This document shows positions 1 to 9,400 of a DNA stretch of 64,000 nt, piece after piece (within the stretch, counting starts at the first letter, position 1; the number at the start of each line of letters is the position of its first letter). The DNA is from Armatimonadota bacterium (GTDB taxonomy: Bacteria; Armatimonadota; Fimbriimonadia; Fimbriimonadales; GBS-DC): positions 32,001 through 96,000 of the forward strand of contig JBBIJY010000006.1 of assembly GCA_037445735.1 (NCBI GenBank), in the 5' to 3' direction. The translations under genes and the position numbers were made by a program. The notes under the pieces were generated by a model that was not told the DNA's origin, did not search any database, and worked only from the letters and a program-made list of their open reading frames with translations.

Positions 1-299
1 AGGAAAGCCCTTGACACCCCTCGCGCCGCATTGCACGCGGGTTGACTGCCCGCTCTCATTTGTTGCGCCACTCGCGCTCAAAATTCATCGGGCAAGCGAG
101 GGCGGTGTCCGCTGAATGCCCTTTGCCTCTCTGCTCACCTCCTGTGTGGGGATAGGTTCGGCAGGCAGGGGCGGATTCCTGCTGGTTTCACTGGCTGGTG
201 CCACAGAGAGCAGGCAGTGCTGGATGGTCTCGAAGGGTGTTGGGAAGCCGGTCCTGTTCATCAGCGCAACGACTCTGTTTGAGGTACAATTCCCATGCT

Positions 300-1523
300 A
301 TGATCGAGACTCGGCTGAGCAATGAGCGGCAGGCGCGGGCGTGGGCGCTCGATCAGAGCCGCGTGATGCAGACCTATCGCCGCCAGCCCGTGCTGTTCGT
401 GCGCGGGCAGGGCGCATATCTCTATGACCCCGACGGCAACGCCTATCTGGACTTTCTGGCGGGCGTCGCCGTGTGCAATGTGGGGCACTGCCATCCGCGT
501 CTGGTCGCCCGCATCCAGCAGCAGGTCAGCGAGCTGATGCATATCGGCAACCTGCTATTGAGCGAGCCGCAGGCGCTGCTGGCAGACCGCCTGTGCCAGC
601 TGACGGGCATGGAGCGCGCCTTCTTCTGCAACTGCGGCGCGGAAGCGTGCGAGACCGCCATCAAAATCGCCCGCAAGTTCGCCAACACGCACAAAGGCAT
701 CCGCGACTACGAGATTCTGGTGCTGGAAAAGAGCTTTCACGGGCGCACGATGGGAGCGGTGTCGGCGACGATGCAGCCGAAGTATCAGGAGCCGTTCGTG
801 CCGCTGCTTCCTGGCTTTCGCGCCCTGCCACGCAACGACATCGACGCCCTGCGAGCCGCCTTCAGCGAGCGCACCGCTGCCATCCTGCTCGAACCCATTC
901 AGGGCGAAAGCGGCGTGAACCCGCTCACCGACGAGTATCTGCTCGAGGCGCAGGCGCTCTGCCGACGCTATAACGCCCTGCTGATGATCGACGAGGTACA
1001 GACGGGCATGGGGCGCACGGGCAAATGGTTCGCCTATCAGTATCTGGACCTTCAGCCCGATGTGGTGATGCTGGCGAAGGGGCTGGGCGGCGGATTCCCG
1101 ATTGGCGCATGCCTGGCACGCGGCGTCGCCGCCGAGCTTCTGCAGGTCGGCGATCACGGCGCCACCTTCGGCGGCAATCCGCTCGCATGCTCCGCCGCGC
1201 TCGCCACCATCGAAATCATCGAGACTGAGGGGCTGTGCGAGCGAGCGTCTCGTGTGGGCAACTACCTGCAGGCACGCCTGCGCGAGCTGCAGGCGCAGGG
1301 CGCACCCATCGCCGAAGTGCGCGGACGCGGACTGATGATCGGCGTCGAACTGACCGAGCCGATTGCCCGTACTATCGTGGACAAAGCCTTCGAAAAACGG
1401 CTCATCATCAACCCGGTGGGCGACCGCATCCTGCGCCTCGTGCCCCCGCTGATTATCGAAGAGCGCGAAGTGGACACCGCCATCGGCGTCCTTCAGCAGG
1501 TGTTTCAGGAGGTGGAAGCGTGA
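300..1523 (+). CDS. argD: Acetylornithine aminotransferase (class III PLP enzyme)
   Basis: YLDFLAGVAV, FHGRTMG, EPIQGESGV, DEVQTGMGRTG and LAKGLGGG motifs; start moved to ATG 300 after TACAAT at 285-290. Confidence 0.9.
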   Translation: MIETRLSNERQARAWALDQSRVMQTYRRQPVLFVRGQGAYLYDPDGNAYLDFLAGVAVCNVGHCHPRLVARIQQQVSELMHIGNLLLSEPQALLADRLCQLTGMERAFFCNCGAEACETAIKIARKFANTHKGIRDYEILVLEKSFHGRTMGAVSATMQPKYQEPFVPLLPGFRALPRNDIDALRAAFSERTAAILLEPIQGESGVNPLTDEYLLEAQALCRRYNALLMIDEVQTGMGRTGKWFAYQYLDLQPDVVMLAKGLGGGFPIGACLARGVAAELLQVGDHGATFGGNPLACSAALATIEIIETEGLCERASRVGNYLQARLRELQAQGAPIAEVRGRGLMIGVELTEPIARTIVDKAFEKRLIINPVGDRILRLVPPLIIEEREVDTAIGVLQQVFQEVEA

Positions 1524-1837
1524 ACGCGATTCAGGTAGCGATCCTGCTTTACGCGCTCATCATCATCGCGGGCGGCGTGATGGGCTATGTGAGCGCGAAA
1601 AGCACCCCATCGCTCATCAGCGGGTTGGTCAGCGGCGCGGTGCTGATTGTCGCCCTCGCGCTGTCGATTCGCCAGCCCAAAATCGGGTTCGGGCTGGCGG
1701 CGCTGGTCGCCCTGGCGCTCGGCATCTTCTTCCTGATGCGGTTCCTCCACACGGGCAAATGGATGCCCGCAGGCATCAGCGTGATTCTGAGCGCCGTCAT
1801 GCTGGCGCTGCTGCTGTGGAGCCTGCTGCGACGGTGA
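1520..1837 (+). CDS. TMEM14-family small membrane protein
   Basis: GTG overlaps the argD stop; GGVMGYVSAKSTPSLISG motif; four hydrophobic segments. Confidence 0.8.
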   Translation: MNAIQVAILLYALIIIAGGVMGYVSAKSTPSLISGLVSGAVLIVALALSIRQPKIGFGLAALVALALGIFFLMRFLHTGKWMPAGISVILSAVMLALLLWSLLRR

Positions 1838-1846
1838 GGTGAACGC

Positions 1847-2593
1847 ATGGCGCAGGACAGGATTGTGATTCGGGGCGCACGCGAACACAACCTCAAGAAC
1901 CTGCATCTGACCATCCCGCGCGATCAGCTGGTGGTCATCACGGGCATCTCAGGTTCAGGCAAGTCGACGCTGGCGTTCGACACGCTCTATGCAGAGGGTC
2001 AGCGCCGATATGTGGAGAGCCTCTCGTCCTATGCCCGCCAGTTTCTCGGCGTGATGGACAAGCCCGATGTCGATTCCATCGAGGGGCTATCGCCAGCGGT
2101 GTCGATCGATCAGAAATCGGCGAGCCACAACCCGCGCAGCACGGTGGGCACGGTAACGGAGATTTACGACTATTTGCGCCTGCTGTTCGCCCGCGTCGGA
2201 CGCCCGCACTGCCCGCAGTGTGGCAAGCCCATCACGCGCCAGACGGTGGACAGCATCGTGGACACGGTGATGCGTCTGCCCGAAGGCACGCGCATTCAGG
2301 TGCTGGCGCCCGTCGTGCGCGGACGCAAGGGCGAATACCGCCATGTGTTCGAAGAGATAGCCCGCATGGGCTTCGTGCGCGTGCGCGTGGACGGCACCCT
2401 GTACGAGGTGAACGAGGCGCCGCCGTTAGACCGCTACAAGCAGCACACCATCGAGATTGTGGTGGATCGGCTCGTCGTGCGAGCAGGCGTCGAGTCGCGC
2501 CTGACGGAAGCGGTGGAAACCGCCCTGCGCCTGGCAAAGGGGCTGGTCAACATCCAGATTGTCTCCCTGCCCGACCAGGCAGCCGTCGGCTGA
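1847..2593 (+). CDS. uvrA: UvrA N-terminal fragment only (248 aa): split gene or truncation
   Basis: [42 protein letters not shown] and UvrB-binding domain; TGA stop with no UvrA-like continuation in any downstream frame. Confidence 0.9.
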   Translation: MAQDRIVIRGAREHNLKNLHLTIPRDQLVVITGISGSGKSTLAFDTLYAEGQRRYVESLSSYARQFLGVMDKPDVDSIEGLSPAVSIDQKSASHNPRSTVGTVTEIYDYLRLLFARVGRPHCPQCGKPITRQTVDSIVDTVMRLPEGTRIQVLAPVVRGRKGEYRHVFEEIARMGFVRVRVDGTLYEVNEAPPLDRYKQHTIEIVVDRLVVRAGVESRLTEAVETALRLAKGLVNIQIVSLPDQAAVG

Positions 2594-2679
2594 AACCTGC
2601 CACGCATGTCGCGCGGGCGTCAAAATCGGGTCGGTTTGGCGACAGTTTGGCGAGGGCGCACGGGGCTATACTTTGTGCT

Positions 2680-3684
2680 ATGGCAGGCGTGCGAGCAGTG
2701 AGGCAGGAGGAGGCGTTGCGCGAGCCGCGTGAGCGACGACTGCGCAACATTCGGCAACTGACCTTCGGCGGCGAGAACGCCGAAGCCTACTTCTCATTCG
2801 ACGGACGGAAGCTCATCTTTCAAAGCACGCGCCCACCCTTCAAAGCCGACCAGATATTCACGATGAACATCGACGGCACGGATGTGCGACTGGTCTCCAC
2901 AGGCAAGGGGCGCTGTACCTGCGGATTCTGGTCGCCCGACGGCAAAAAGATTCTCTACAGCTCCACCGACTGGATGGGCGACGAGCCGCCGCCACCGCCT
3001 GACCGCACGCACGGCTATGTGTGGGGACTGTTCCCCTATCGGCTCTATATCGCAAACGCCGACGGCAGCCAGCGCGAAGCCATCACCGACGACGACGCCT
3101 ACAACGCTGAAGGCTCGTTCCATCCCGACGGCACCCGCATCCTGTTCACCACCACGCGCTACGGCAACCTTGACCTGTGCGAGTATAACCTGCGCACGCG
3201 CCGGTTCACCCGCCTCACCGATGAGATTGGCTACAACGGCGGCGCGTTCTACTCGTGGGACGGCAAATATATCGTCTATCGCGCTTATCATCCCCGGACA
3301 AAGGAGGAGATTGAGGAGTTTCAGCGGTTGCTGAAGCTGCGTCTCGTGCGCCCCAGCAAGCTGGAGCTGTGGGTGATGACCGCGGACGGGAAACGCAGGT
3401 GGCAGGTGAGCCGTCTGGGCGGAGCGAACTTCGCGCCCTTTATGCGACCGGGCAATAAACAGATTATCTTCTCGTCCAACCATCACGACCCGCGCGGGCG
3501 CGAGTTCGACCTCTTTCTGATTAATCTCGACGGCACGGGGCTGGAGCGCATCACCTACACGCCCCAGTTCGACGGCTTCCCGATGTTCTCGCGCGACGGC
3601 AAAAAGCTGGTGTGGGCGTCGAACCGCAACGCAAAGACGCCCGGCGAGACGAACATCTTTATTGCCGATTTCGTGGAGCCGTAG
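2680..3684 (+). CDS. TolB-like PD40-repeat beta-propeller protein
   Basis: QLTFGGENAEAYFS and repeated (F/W)SPDG(K/R)-type blades; ATG 2680 lies 7 nt after TATACT. Confidence 0.85.
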   Translation: MAGVRAVRQEEALREPRERRLRNIRQLTFGGENAEAYFSFDGRKLIFQSTRPPFKADQIFTMNIDGTDVRLVSTGKGRCTCGFWSPDGKKILYSSTDWMGDEPPPPPDRTHGYVWGLFPYRLYIANADGSQREAITDDDAYNAEGSFHPDGTRILFTTTRYGNLDLCEYNLRTRRFTRLTDEIGYNGGAFYSWDGKYIVYRAYHPRTKEEIEEFQRLLKLRLVRPSKLELWVMTADGKRRWQVSRLGGANFAPFMRPGNKQIIFSSNHHDPRGREFDLFLINLDGTGLERITYTPQFDGFPMFSRDGKKLVWASNRNAKTPGETNIFIADFVEP

Positions 3685-3969
3685 TCAGGCGGGCAGCAGC
3701 GCGTCGATCTGCTGGGCGAGCTGGAAATCTTTCTCGGTCAGCCCGCCCGCCGAGTGCGTGCTGAGCCGGAGCGTCACCTGCCGATAGCGAATCTCGATAT
3801 CGGGATGGTGGTCCATGCGCTCGGCGAGCAGCCCGACCTGCACTACAAACGCGAGCGCCTCCCGAAAGTTTTTGAAGCGGATGGTGCGCTCGATCTCGTT
3901 GCCGACGCGCTGCCAGTTCGGCACACGCTGCAGCCACTGACCCACTTCCGATTCGGGAATGCGTTCCAT
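3685..3969 (-). CDS. phhB: Pterin-4-alpha-carbinolamine dehydratase
   Basis: AERMDHHPDI and LSTHSAGGLTEKD motifs. Confidence 0.9.
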   Translation of the reverse strand: MERIPESEVGQWLQRVPNWQRVGNEIERTIRFKNFREALAFVVQVGLLAERMDHHPDIEIRYRQVTLRLSTHSAGGLTEKDFQLAQQIDALLPA

Positions 3970-3970
3970 C

Positions 3971-5356
3971 TTATGACCCCTTCTTCGCCTGTTCGAGCTG
4001 CACGATGGTGCCCATCAGTGTCTTTTCCGCGCTGCCTGTGTCCTGTCCCTGCAGGGCACGGATTGCCTGCGTGATTTCCTGCGCTTCCTGCAGGCGTCCC
4101 TGCTGCATCAGCAGGGCGCGGGTGCGCTCCAGCTCCTGCAGCGCCTGCGCCTGCGAGAGCTGTTGCGTGCGCATGCCCATAATGGTCTTCTCCAGCGCGC
4201 GGGAGGTCACGGCAACCTGCAGCTCGTTCGCCACGCGCGGGTCCTGCGGCACATTCGCACGAGCGGGATCGGTCACGAACTCCAGCACCACCTCGTCGGT
4301 GAGCGTCTCGGTGCGCCCGGTGAGGTTGTCGTCATAGGTGAGCTTGAGGCGGGCGATGCGGTAGACCCCTGCAGGGTGATTGGGGAACTCCAGTTCCAGC
4401 ACGGGCGTGAGCTGGCTGCCGCGCTCCACATCCACCAGCGTCAGCTCGGCTGTGCGCCCGCGCAGATGCAGTTCGCCCCCGAACGCCTGCCGCACCTGCA
4501 CCCAGCGCGCCAGCTGAACCTCCAGCTTGAGATTGCGGGCGACCACCGTCATCAGCCGCTGCAGCTCCTGCTGGAAGATTTCAGGGATGCGCTCCGGGCG
4601 GTCAATATAGTAATATTTGCCGCCACTGCGCCGCGCGATGCCCGCCAGCAGCTCCTCGTTGTAATCGGGACCGAAGCCGAGCGCGGTGATGTGGAACTGA
4701 TGCTCCTTCGCCCGCGCCGCCACGCCCACAATCGTGCTGAAATCTTTGATGCCGACCGTCGGCTCGCCATCGGTAAAAAGCATCAGATGGCTCTGATAGC
4801 CTGGCAGGTTCAGCGAAGTGAGCTGCTGAATGCCCAGCACCAGCCCGTCGTAGAGATTGGTCGTGTTGCCCGGCGTCAGGCGATTGATATGCTCCTTGAC
4901 CAGTTGCTTGTTCACGATTTTGCGGGGCGGCATCAGCACCTCGACGGTCTCCTCAAAGGTCACGATGGACAGTACATCCTGGTCGCTGAGCAGATCGACC
5001 ACATAGCTGCAGGCGCGTTTGACATATTCTAACGGCGTGCCTTCCATCGAGCCGCTGCGGTCGATCACGAGGCAGAGGTTGAGCGGTGCGCGGGCGGTGG
5101 CGGTGGGTGCGCCCGTGATTTCGAGCAGCAGTCCCTCACGGGCGATGCTGTTCGCCAGCGCGACAGGTCGCCCCAGCACGGTGGTCATCGTCAGGGCGCG
5201 GCTTGGCGGTGCGCCCAGTCCAGGCACTGCCTGCGTGCGGTTCGGGTCGGGCACGCCACTCATCGCCTGCGTGCGCAGCGGGTCCAGCGGTTGCCCCATC
5301 GCCTGCGTGCGCTCCGCATCAGGTTGCTCAAACGCCTGCGTCCGATCCATCCTCAC
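3971..5356 (-). CDS. von Willebrand factor A (VWA) domain protein with N-terminal RTQA repeats
   Basis: MIDAS motif LVIDRSGSM, GNTTNL, FTDG, GFGPDYNEELL; start GTG 5356 or ATG 5350. Confidence 0.85.
   Translation of the reverse strand: MRMDRTQAFEQPDAERTQAMGQPLDPLRTQAMSGVPDPNRTQAVPGLGAPPSRALTMTTVLGRPVALANSIAREGLLLEITGAPTATARAPLNLCLVIDRSGSMEGTPLEYVKRACSYVVDLLSDQDVLSIVTFEETVEVLMPPRKIVNKQLVKEHINRLTPGNTTNLYDGLVLGIQQLTSLNLPGYQSHLMLFTDGEPTVGIKDFSTIVGVAARAKEHQFHITALGFGPDYNEELLAGIARRSGGKYYYIDRPERIPEIFQQELQRLMTVVARNLKLEVQLARWVQVRQAFGGELHLRGRTAELTLVDVERGSQLTPVLELEFPNHPAGVYRIARLKLTYDDNLTGRTETLTDEVVLEFVTDPARANVPQDPRVANELQVAVTSRALEKTIMGMRTQQLSQAQALQELERTRALLMQQGRLQEAQEITQAIRALQGQDTGSAEKTLMGTIVQLEQAKKGS
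5225..5347 (-). repeat. Four imperfect 11-12 codon repeats encoding RTQA(F/M/M/V)
   Basis: DRTQAF, DAERTQAM, DPLRTQAM, DPNRTQAV; nucleotide core gcctgcgt(g/c)cg recurs on the + strand. Confidence 0.9.
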
Positions 5357-5367
5357 TCACCTGCCAT

Positions 5368-5390
5368 AAGTGTACCCGCTGGGTATACTT
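5368..5390. promoter_or_regulatory. Back-to-back divergent -10 boxes forming a near-palindrome
   Basis: aagtgtaccc-gct-gggtatactt: TACACT on the minus strand (VWA gene) and TATACT on the plus strand (metY). Confidence 0.6.
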
Positions 5391-5395
5391 TCACC

Positions 5396-6709
5396 GTGAG
5401 TATGGCGAAACAGGAGCGACGCCGATTCGGTTTTGAGACGCGCATGGTTCACGCAGGGCACATTCCCGACCCCTACACGGGTTCGCGTGCCGTGCCCATC
5501 TATCAGACCACCTCGTATGTGTTTGACGATCCCGACTACGCCGCGCAACTGTTCGAGCTGAAGCAGTACGGCAACATCTACACGCGCATCAACAACCCGA
5601 CGACCGCCGTGCTGGAGGAGCGGGTCGCCTCGCTGGAGGGCGGCACGGGCGCGGTGGCGACCGCCAGCGGCATGGCAGCCCAATATCTGACCTTTGCTAC
5701 CCTGCTGGAGCCAGGCGATGAGATTGTCTCCTCCTCGCATCTCTATGGCGGCACGATGACCCAGTTCGTGCATACCTTCCGAAAGCTGGGCATCAAGGTT
5801 CACTTTGTGGAGCCGCACGATTGGGACGGCTGGGAGCGAGCCATCACGCCGCGCACGCGCGCCCTCTACGGCGAAACCATTGGCAACCCGCGCGGCAGCA
5901 TTCTGGACATCGAACGGCTGGCGCAGCTGGCAAACGCGCACCGAATCCCACTGGTGGTGGACAACACCTTCGCCACACCCTATCTGTGCCGCCCGATCGA
6001 ATGGGGCGCGACAATCGTGGTGCATTCGGCAACCAAGTTTCTGGGCGGGCACGGCAACTCCATCGGCGGGATTGTGGTCGAATCGGGCACCTTCGATTAC
6101 AGCCACTTCCCGACCATCGCCGACCCCTCCCCTGCCTATCACAACCTGAAGTTTTATGAGACTTTCGGGCACTACGGCTTCTTGATGAAGCTGCGGGCGG
6201 AGGCGCTGCGCGATATTGGCGCCTGCATGTCGCCCTTTAATGCCTTCCTGATTTTGCAGGGTGTGGAGACGCTCTCGGTGCGAATGGAGCGCCATGTGCA
6301 GAACGCGCTGGGCGTGGCGCAGTTCCTGAAGGAGCATCCGCAGGTGGCGTGGGTCGCCTATGCCGGTCTGCCCGACCATCCCGATCACGCGCTGATGAAG
6401 AAGTACCTGCCGAAGGGTGCGGGCGCGGTGCTGTCGTTCGGCATCCAGGGCGGCTCGCTCGGCGCACGCGAGGCGGGCAAACGCTTCATCCAGCACCTGC
6501 AGCTCTTCTCCCATCTCGCCAATGTGGGCGATGTGCGCAGTCTGGTCATCCACCCCGCCTCCACCACCCACCAGCAGCTCTCCGATGAGGAGCTGCTGCA
6601 GGCAGGCATCACGCCCGACCTGATCCGACTCTCTATCGGACTGGAGACGCTGGACGACCTGCTGTGGGACCTGGACCAGGCGCTCTGCGCCGTCGCGAAG
6701 GAGGTGTGA
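5396..6709 (+). CDS. metY: O-acetylhomoserine aminocarboxypropyltransferase (sulfhydrylase)
   Basis: AVPIYQTTSYVF, GNIYTRINNPT, HSATKFLGGHG, HLANVGD, HPASTTH; start GTG 5396 or ATG 5402. Confidence 0.9.
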   Translation: MSMAKQERRRFGFETRMVHAGHIPDPYTGSRAVPIYQTTSYVFDDPDYAAQLFELKQYGNIYTRINNPTTAVLEERVASLEGGTGAVATASGMAAQYLTFATLLEPGDEIVSSSHLYGGTMTQFVHTFRKLGIKVHFVEPHDWDGWERAITPRTRALYGETIGNPRGSILDIERLAQLANAHRIPLVVDNTFATPYLCRPIEWGATIVVHSATKFLGGHGNSIGGIVVESGTFDYSHFPTIADPSPAYHNLKFYETFGHYGFLMKLRAEALRDIGACMSPFNAFLILQGVETLSVRMERHVQNALGVAQFLKEHPQVAWVAYAGLPDHPDHALMKKYLPKGAGAVLSFGIQGGSLGAREAGKRFIQHLQLFSHLANVGDVRSLVIHPASTTHQQLSDEELLQAGITPDLIRLSIGLETLDDLLWDLDQALCAVAKEV

Positions 6710-6712
6710 ACG

Positions 6713-7240
6713 ATGGAGTTAGCCTGCGACATCACGCTGAACTCAATCCTGCCGCCAGAGCTGCGCGAAAAGTATCAGAATCCCGAAGTGATTCGGCGCG
6801 TGTTGCACGATGCCCGCACAATTGCGATTGTGGGCATCTCCACCGATAAGTACAAAGCGAGCCACATGGTGGGCGCCTACCTGCAGTATGAGGGCTATCG
6901 GGTTATCCCGGTCAATCCGAACGCCACCGAGATTCTGGGCGAGCGGTGCTACCCCGATGTGGCGAGCATTCCCGATCCGGTGGATGTGATCGACATCTTT
7001 CGCCCTGCACGGGAGTGCCCCGCGATTGTGCAGCAAGCCATCGAGAAGGGCGCATGGTGCGTGTGGATGCAGCTGCGCATCGTGAGCCTGGAGGCGGCGG
7101 CGCTGGCGGAGCGCGCCGGGCTGACCGTGATTATGGACCGCTGTATCAAAATGGAGCACGGTCGCTACAGCGGCAGCCTGCACTGGGTCGGCATGAACAC
7201 GGAGATTATCACCGCTCGTAAGCTGCGCCGCTGGTTCTAA
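6713..7240 (+). CDS. CoA-binding protein (YccU-like)
   Basis: [35 protein letters not shown]. Confidence 0.9.
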   Translation: MELACDITLNSILPPELREKYQNPEVIRRVLHDARTIAIVGISTDKYKASHMVGAYLQYEGYRVIPVNPNATEILGERCYPDVASIPDPVDVIDIFRPARECPAIVQQAIEKGAWCVWMQLRIVSLEAAALAERAGLTVIMDRCIKMEHGRYSGSLHWVGMNTEIITARKLRRWF

Positions 7241-7965
7241 TCCAGCACGGGCAACGCCTCCATCTCGCGGGTGGCGTCGCGCGGGTTCGGCACCAGCTCG
7301 TCGGCGATGATTTTGCCATCCCGAAAGCGCACAATCCGCTTCGCATGCTCGGCGATGTCTTTCTCATGGGTCACCAGCACGATCGTACGCCCCTGCCGAT
7401 TAAGCTGCTGGAAGAGAGCCATAATCTCCTCGCTGGAGCGCGAGTCGAGGTTGCCTGTTGGTTCGTCGGCTAAGATGAGCAGGGGATTGGTGACGATTGC
7501 GCGGGCGATGGCGACGCGCTGCTGTTGACCGCCAGAAAGTTCGTTCGGGCGATGGTGCAGGCGGTCGCCCAGCCCCACCAGCTCCAGAGCGCGTTTCGCC
7601 CGCTCCGTGCGATCCCGCACGCCCGCATAGAGCAGCGGCAGCTCCACATTGCGCAACGCCGTCATGCGCGGCAGCAGATTGAAGGTCTGGAACACGAAGC
7701 CGATATAGCGGTTGCGAATCTGCGCCAGCTGCGCATCGTTCATCGCGCTGACCAGCTCGCCGTTCAGATAATAGTCGCCGCTGGTGGGGCGGTCCAGGCA
7801 GCCGATGATGTTCATAAAAGTGGACTTGCCTGAGCCAGACGGTCCCATAATCGCCACGAACTCGCCGGGCATCACGGTGAGGCTGACCCCACGCAGGGCG
7901 TGAACCACAATCTTGCCCAGCCGATAGTCCTTCGTGATATTCCGTACCTCAATAACGGGTTTCAT
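7237..7965 (-). CDS. MacB/LolD-type ABC transporter ATP-binding protein (no adjacent permease)
   Basis: [42 protein letters not shown]. Confidence 0.9.
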   Translation of the reverse strand: MKPVIEVRNITKDYRLGKIVVHALRGVSLTVMPGEFVAIMGPSGSGKSTFMNIIGCLDRPTSGDYYLNGELVSAMNDAQLAQIRNRYIGFVFQTFNLLPRMTALRNVELPLLYAGVRDRTERAKRALELVGLGDRLHHRPNELSGGQQQRVAIARAIVTNPLLILADEPTGNLDSRSSEEIMALFQQLNRQGRTIVLVTHEKDIAEHAKRIVRFRDGKIIADELVPNPRDATREMEALPVLD

Positions 7966-7989
7966 CGCCGTTTGCCAGTATACCTTTCG

Positions 7990-8613
7990 TTAAAGTGTGC
8001 GCAGGGCGACACGCGCCGGTGCGCCGTCAGCGTCTTTGAGCTTGAGCGGCATGCAAATCAGCTCATATTCGCCCTCTGGCACCGCGCTCAGGTTCAACCC
8101 CTCTATTATGACGAGTCCCGCGCCGCAAAGTTTGGTGTGAACCACTGGTTCCGGCGCGCCGAACCACTCCACCGAGAGGTAGTCCAGCCCCACCACGCTG
8201 ATGGTGTGTTCAATCAGCCAGTCGGCGGCATCGGCGGTGAGGTATACGAACTTCTTCTGGAAGCCGCGCCGTTGCCAGAGTGTGCTGTTATCCGTTTTAA
8301 TGAGCAGGCGCGTGGTGAGCGGGATGTTCGCCCGCTGGAGCGCGTCGGCAGTAATCGCTTTGTGCCCGCGCAGGTCGGCAACCCACGCCAGCCCAATCAA
8401 CCGATCGAGCGGTATCTGATGCACGCGCTTGCCCCGCTCGTTGAAATGCCAGGGCGCGTCGATGTGCGTGCCCGTGTGCGTGCCCATCATCAGGCGCGAC
8501 AGATTGCAGACCGCGCCCCCCGCGATTCGCAGCATCGGCTCCAGCGCGTAGGGCGCATCGCCCGGATAGATGGGCATCTCTGGCTCCAGCATCACACTGA
8601 TGTCGTAGATCAT
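7990..8613 (-). CDS. Cyclase / kynurenine formamidase-family metal hydrolase
   Basis: HTGTHIDAPWH motif, GLDYLS, DGAPARV. Confidence 0.85.
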   Translation of the reverse strand: MIYDISVMLEPEMPIYPGDAPYALEPMLRIAGGAVCNLSRLMMGTHTGTHIDAPWHFNERGKRVHQIPLDRLIGLAWVADLRGHKAITADALQRANIPLTTRLLIKTDNSTLWQRRGFQKKFVYLTADAADWLIEHTISVVGLDYLSVEWFGAPEPVVHTKLCGAGLVIIEGLNLSAVPEGEYELICMPLKLKDADGAPARVALRTL

Positions 8614-8646
8614 GGCTCCCGCCGATCCCAGATCAGCAATACCGCT

Positions 8647-8758
8647 TCACGCGACTGGCACTCCGATTTCGCGATGCGCGCTCAGCGCCCTGCGGATGCG
8701 CTCGATAATCGCCACCTGTTCCTCCACGCCCCGCTCCAACCACTGCTTCTGCGCTCAT
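8647..8758 (-). pseudogene. Possible remnant of a small gene (resembles a nucleotidyltransferase/MNT N-terminus)
   Basis: TACAAT box then ATG 8758; a shifted frame reads AQKQWLERGVEEQVAIIERIRRALSAHREI and then stops. Confidence 0.25.
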
Positions 8759-8827
8759 CGGCTTACAGCAGAATTGTACCAGATGAGGGAATGAGCCCCT
8801 TCAGGTACAATCCTCGCTGGTGAGAGC

Positions 8828-9394
8828 ATGGCTGCCCCTCAGTTGAAACACCGGATGAGCGTGGAGGAGTTCTGGGAGCTGTGCAGGGATGGGAAGCCGC
8901 GCGAGCTGGTGCGCGGGGAGGTGCAGGAGAAAATGCCTGCAGGGTTTCGGCACGGACGCATCGCGATGCGGATCGGGCGCCTGATCGACGCCTTTGCCGA
9001 GCAGACAGGCAGCGGTCTCACGGTGGCGGCTGAAACGGGTTTCGTCATTCGGTTGCCTGAGGCGCCGTCGGTGCGTGCGCCCGATGTCGCCTTCATTCGC
9101 CGTGAACGGCTGCCTCAGCCCCTGCCCGAAACCTTTGCCGAGATTGCGCCCGATTTAGTGGTGGAGGTGATTTCGCCCAACGATTCGTACAGCGCGTTGC
9201 GGGAGAAGGTGGACGAATGGCTCTTTGCAGGCGTGAAGGTCATCTGGGTGATTGACCCTCAGCGGCGCGTGGTGGAAGTGTATCAGCCCGACAAGCCTGT
9301 AATGGTGCTGCGTGAGGACGATACCCTCTCGGCGGAATCGGTTCTGCCAGGCTTCGCTTTGCCTGTTCGCGAGATTTTCGCTGGAGTGGAATAA
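8828..9394 (+). CDS. Uma2 (DUF820) family putative endonuclease
   Basis: ELVRGEV, VRAPDVAFI, PDLVVEVISP, GVKVIWVIDP, LPGFALPVREIF. Confidence 0.9.
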   Translation: MAAPQLKHRMSVEEFWELCRDGKPRELVRGEVQEKMPAGFRHGRIAMRIGRLIDAFAEQTGSGLTVAAETGFVIRLPEAPSVRAPDVAFIRRERLPQPLPETFAEIAPDLVVEVISPNDSYSALREKVDEWLFAGVKVIWVIDPQRRVVEVYQPDKPVMVLREDDTLSAESVLPGFALPVREIFAGVE

Positions 9395-9400
9395 AGAGCG

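Noticed and set aside
85-270. Structured RNA or 58 aa minus-strand ORF upstream of argD
   Set aside because: Some nested complementarity exists (aatgccctt/aagggtgtt, ctctctg/cagagag), but it matches no riboswitch or 6S consensus I can recognise, the ORF looks non-coding, and context is cut by the window edge.
2591-2700. Frameshift or UGA readthrough continuing uvrA
   Set aside because: None of the three downstream frames resembles UvrA, and the region holds the next gene's -10 box.
8828-9394. Uma2 or YraN nuclease as the restriction partner of the methyltransferase
   Set aside because: Both are common stand-alone families located tens of kb from the methyltransferase.
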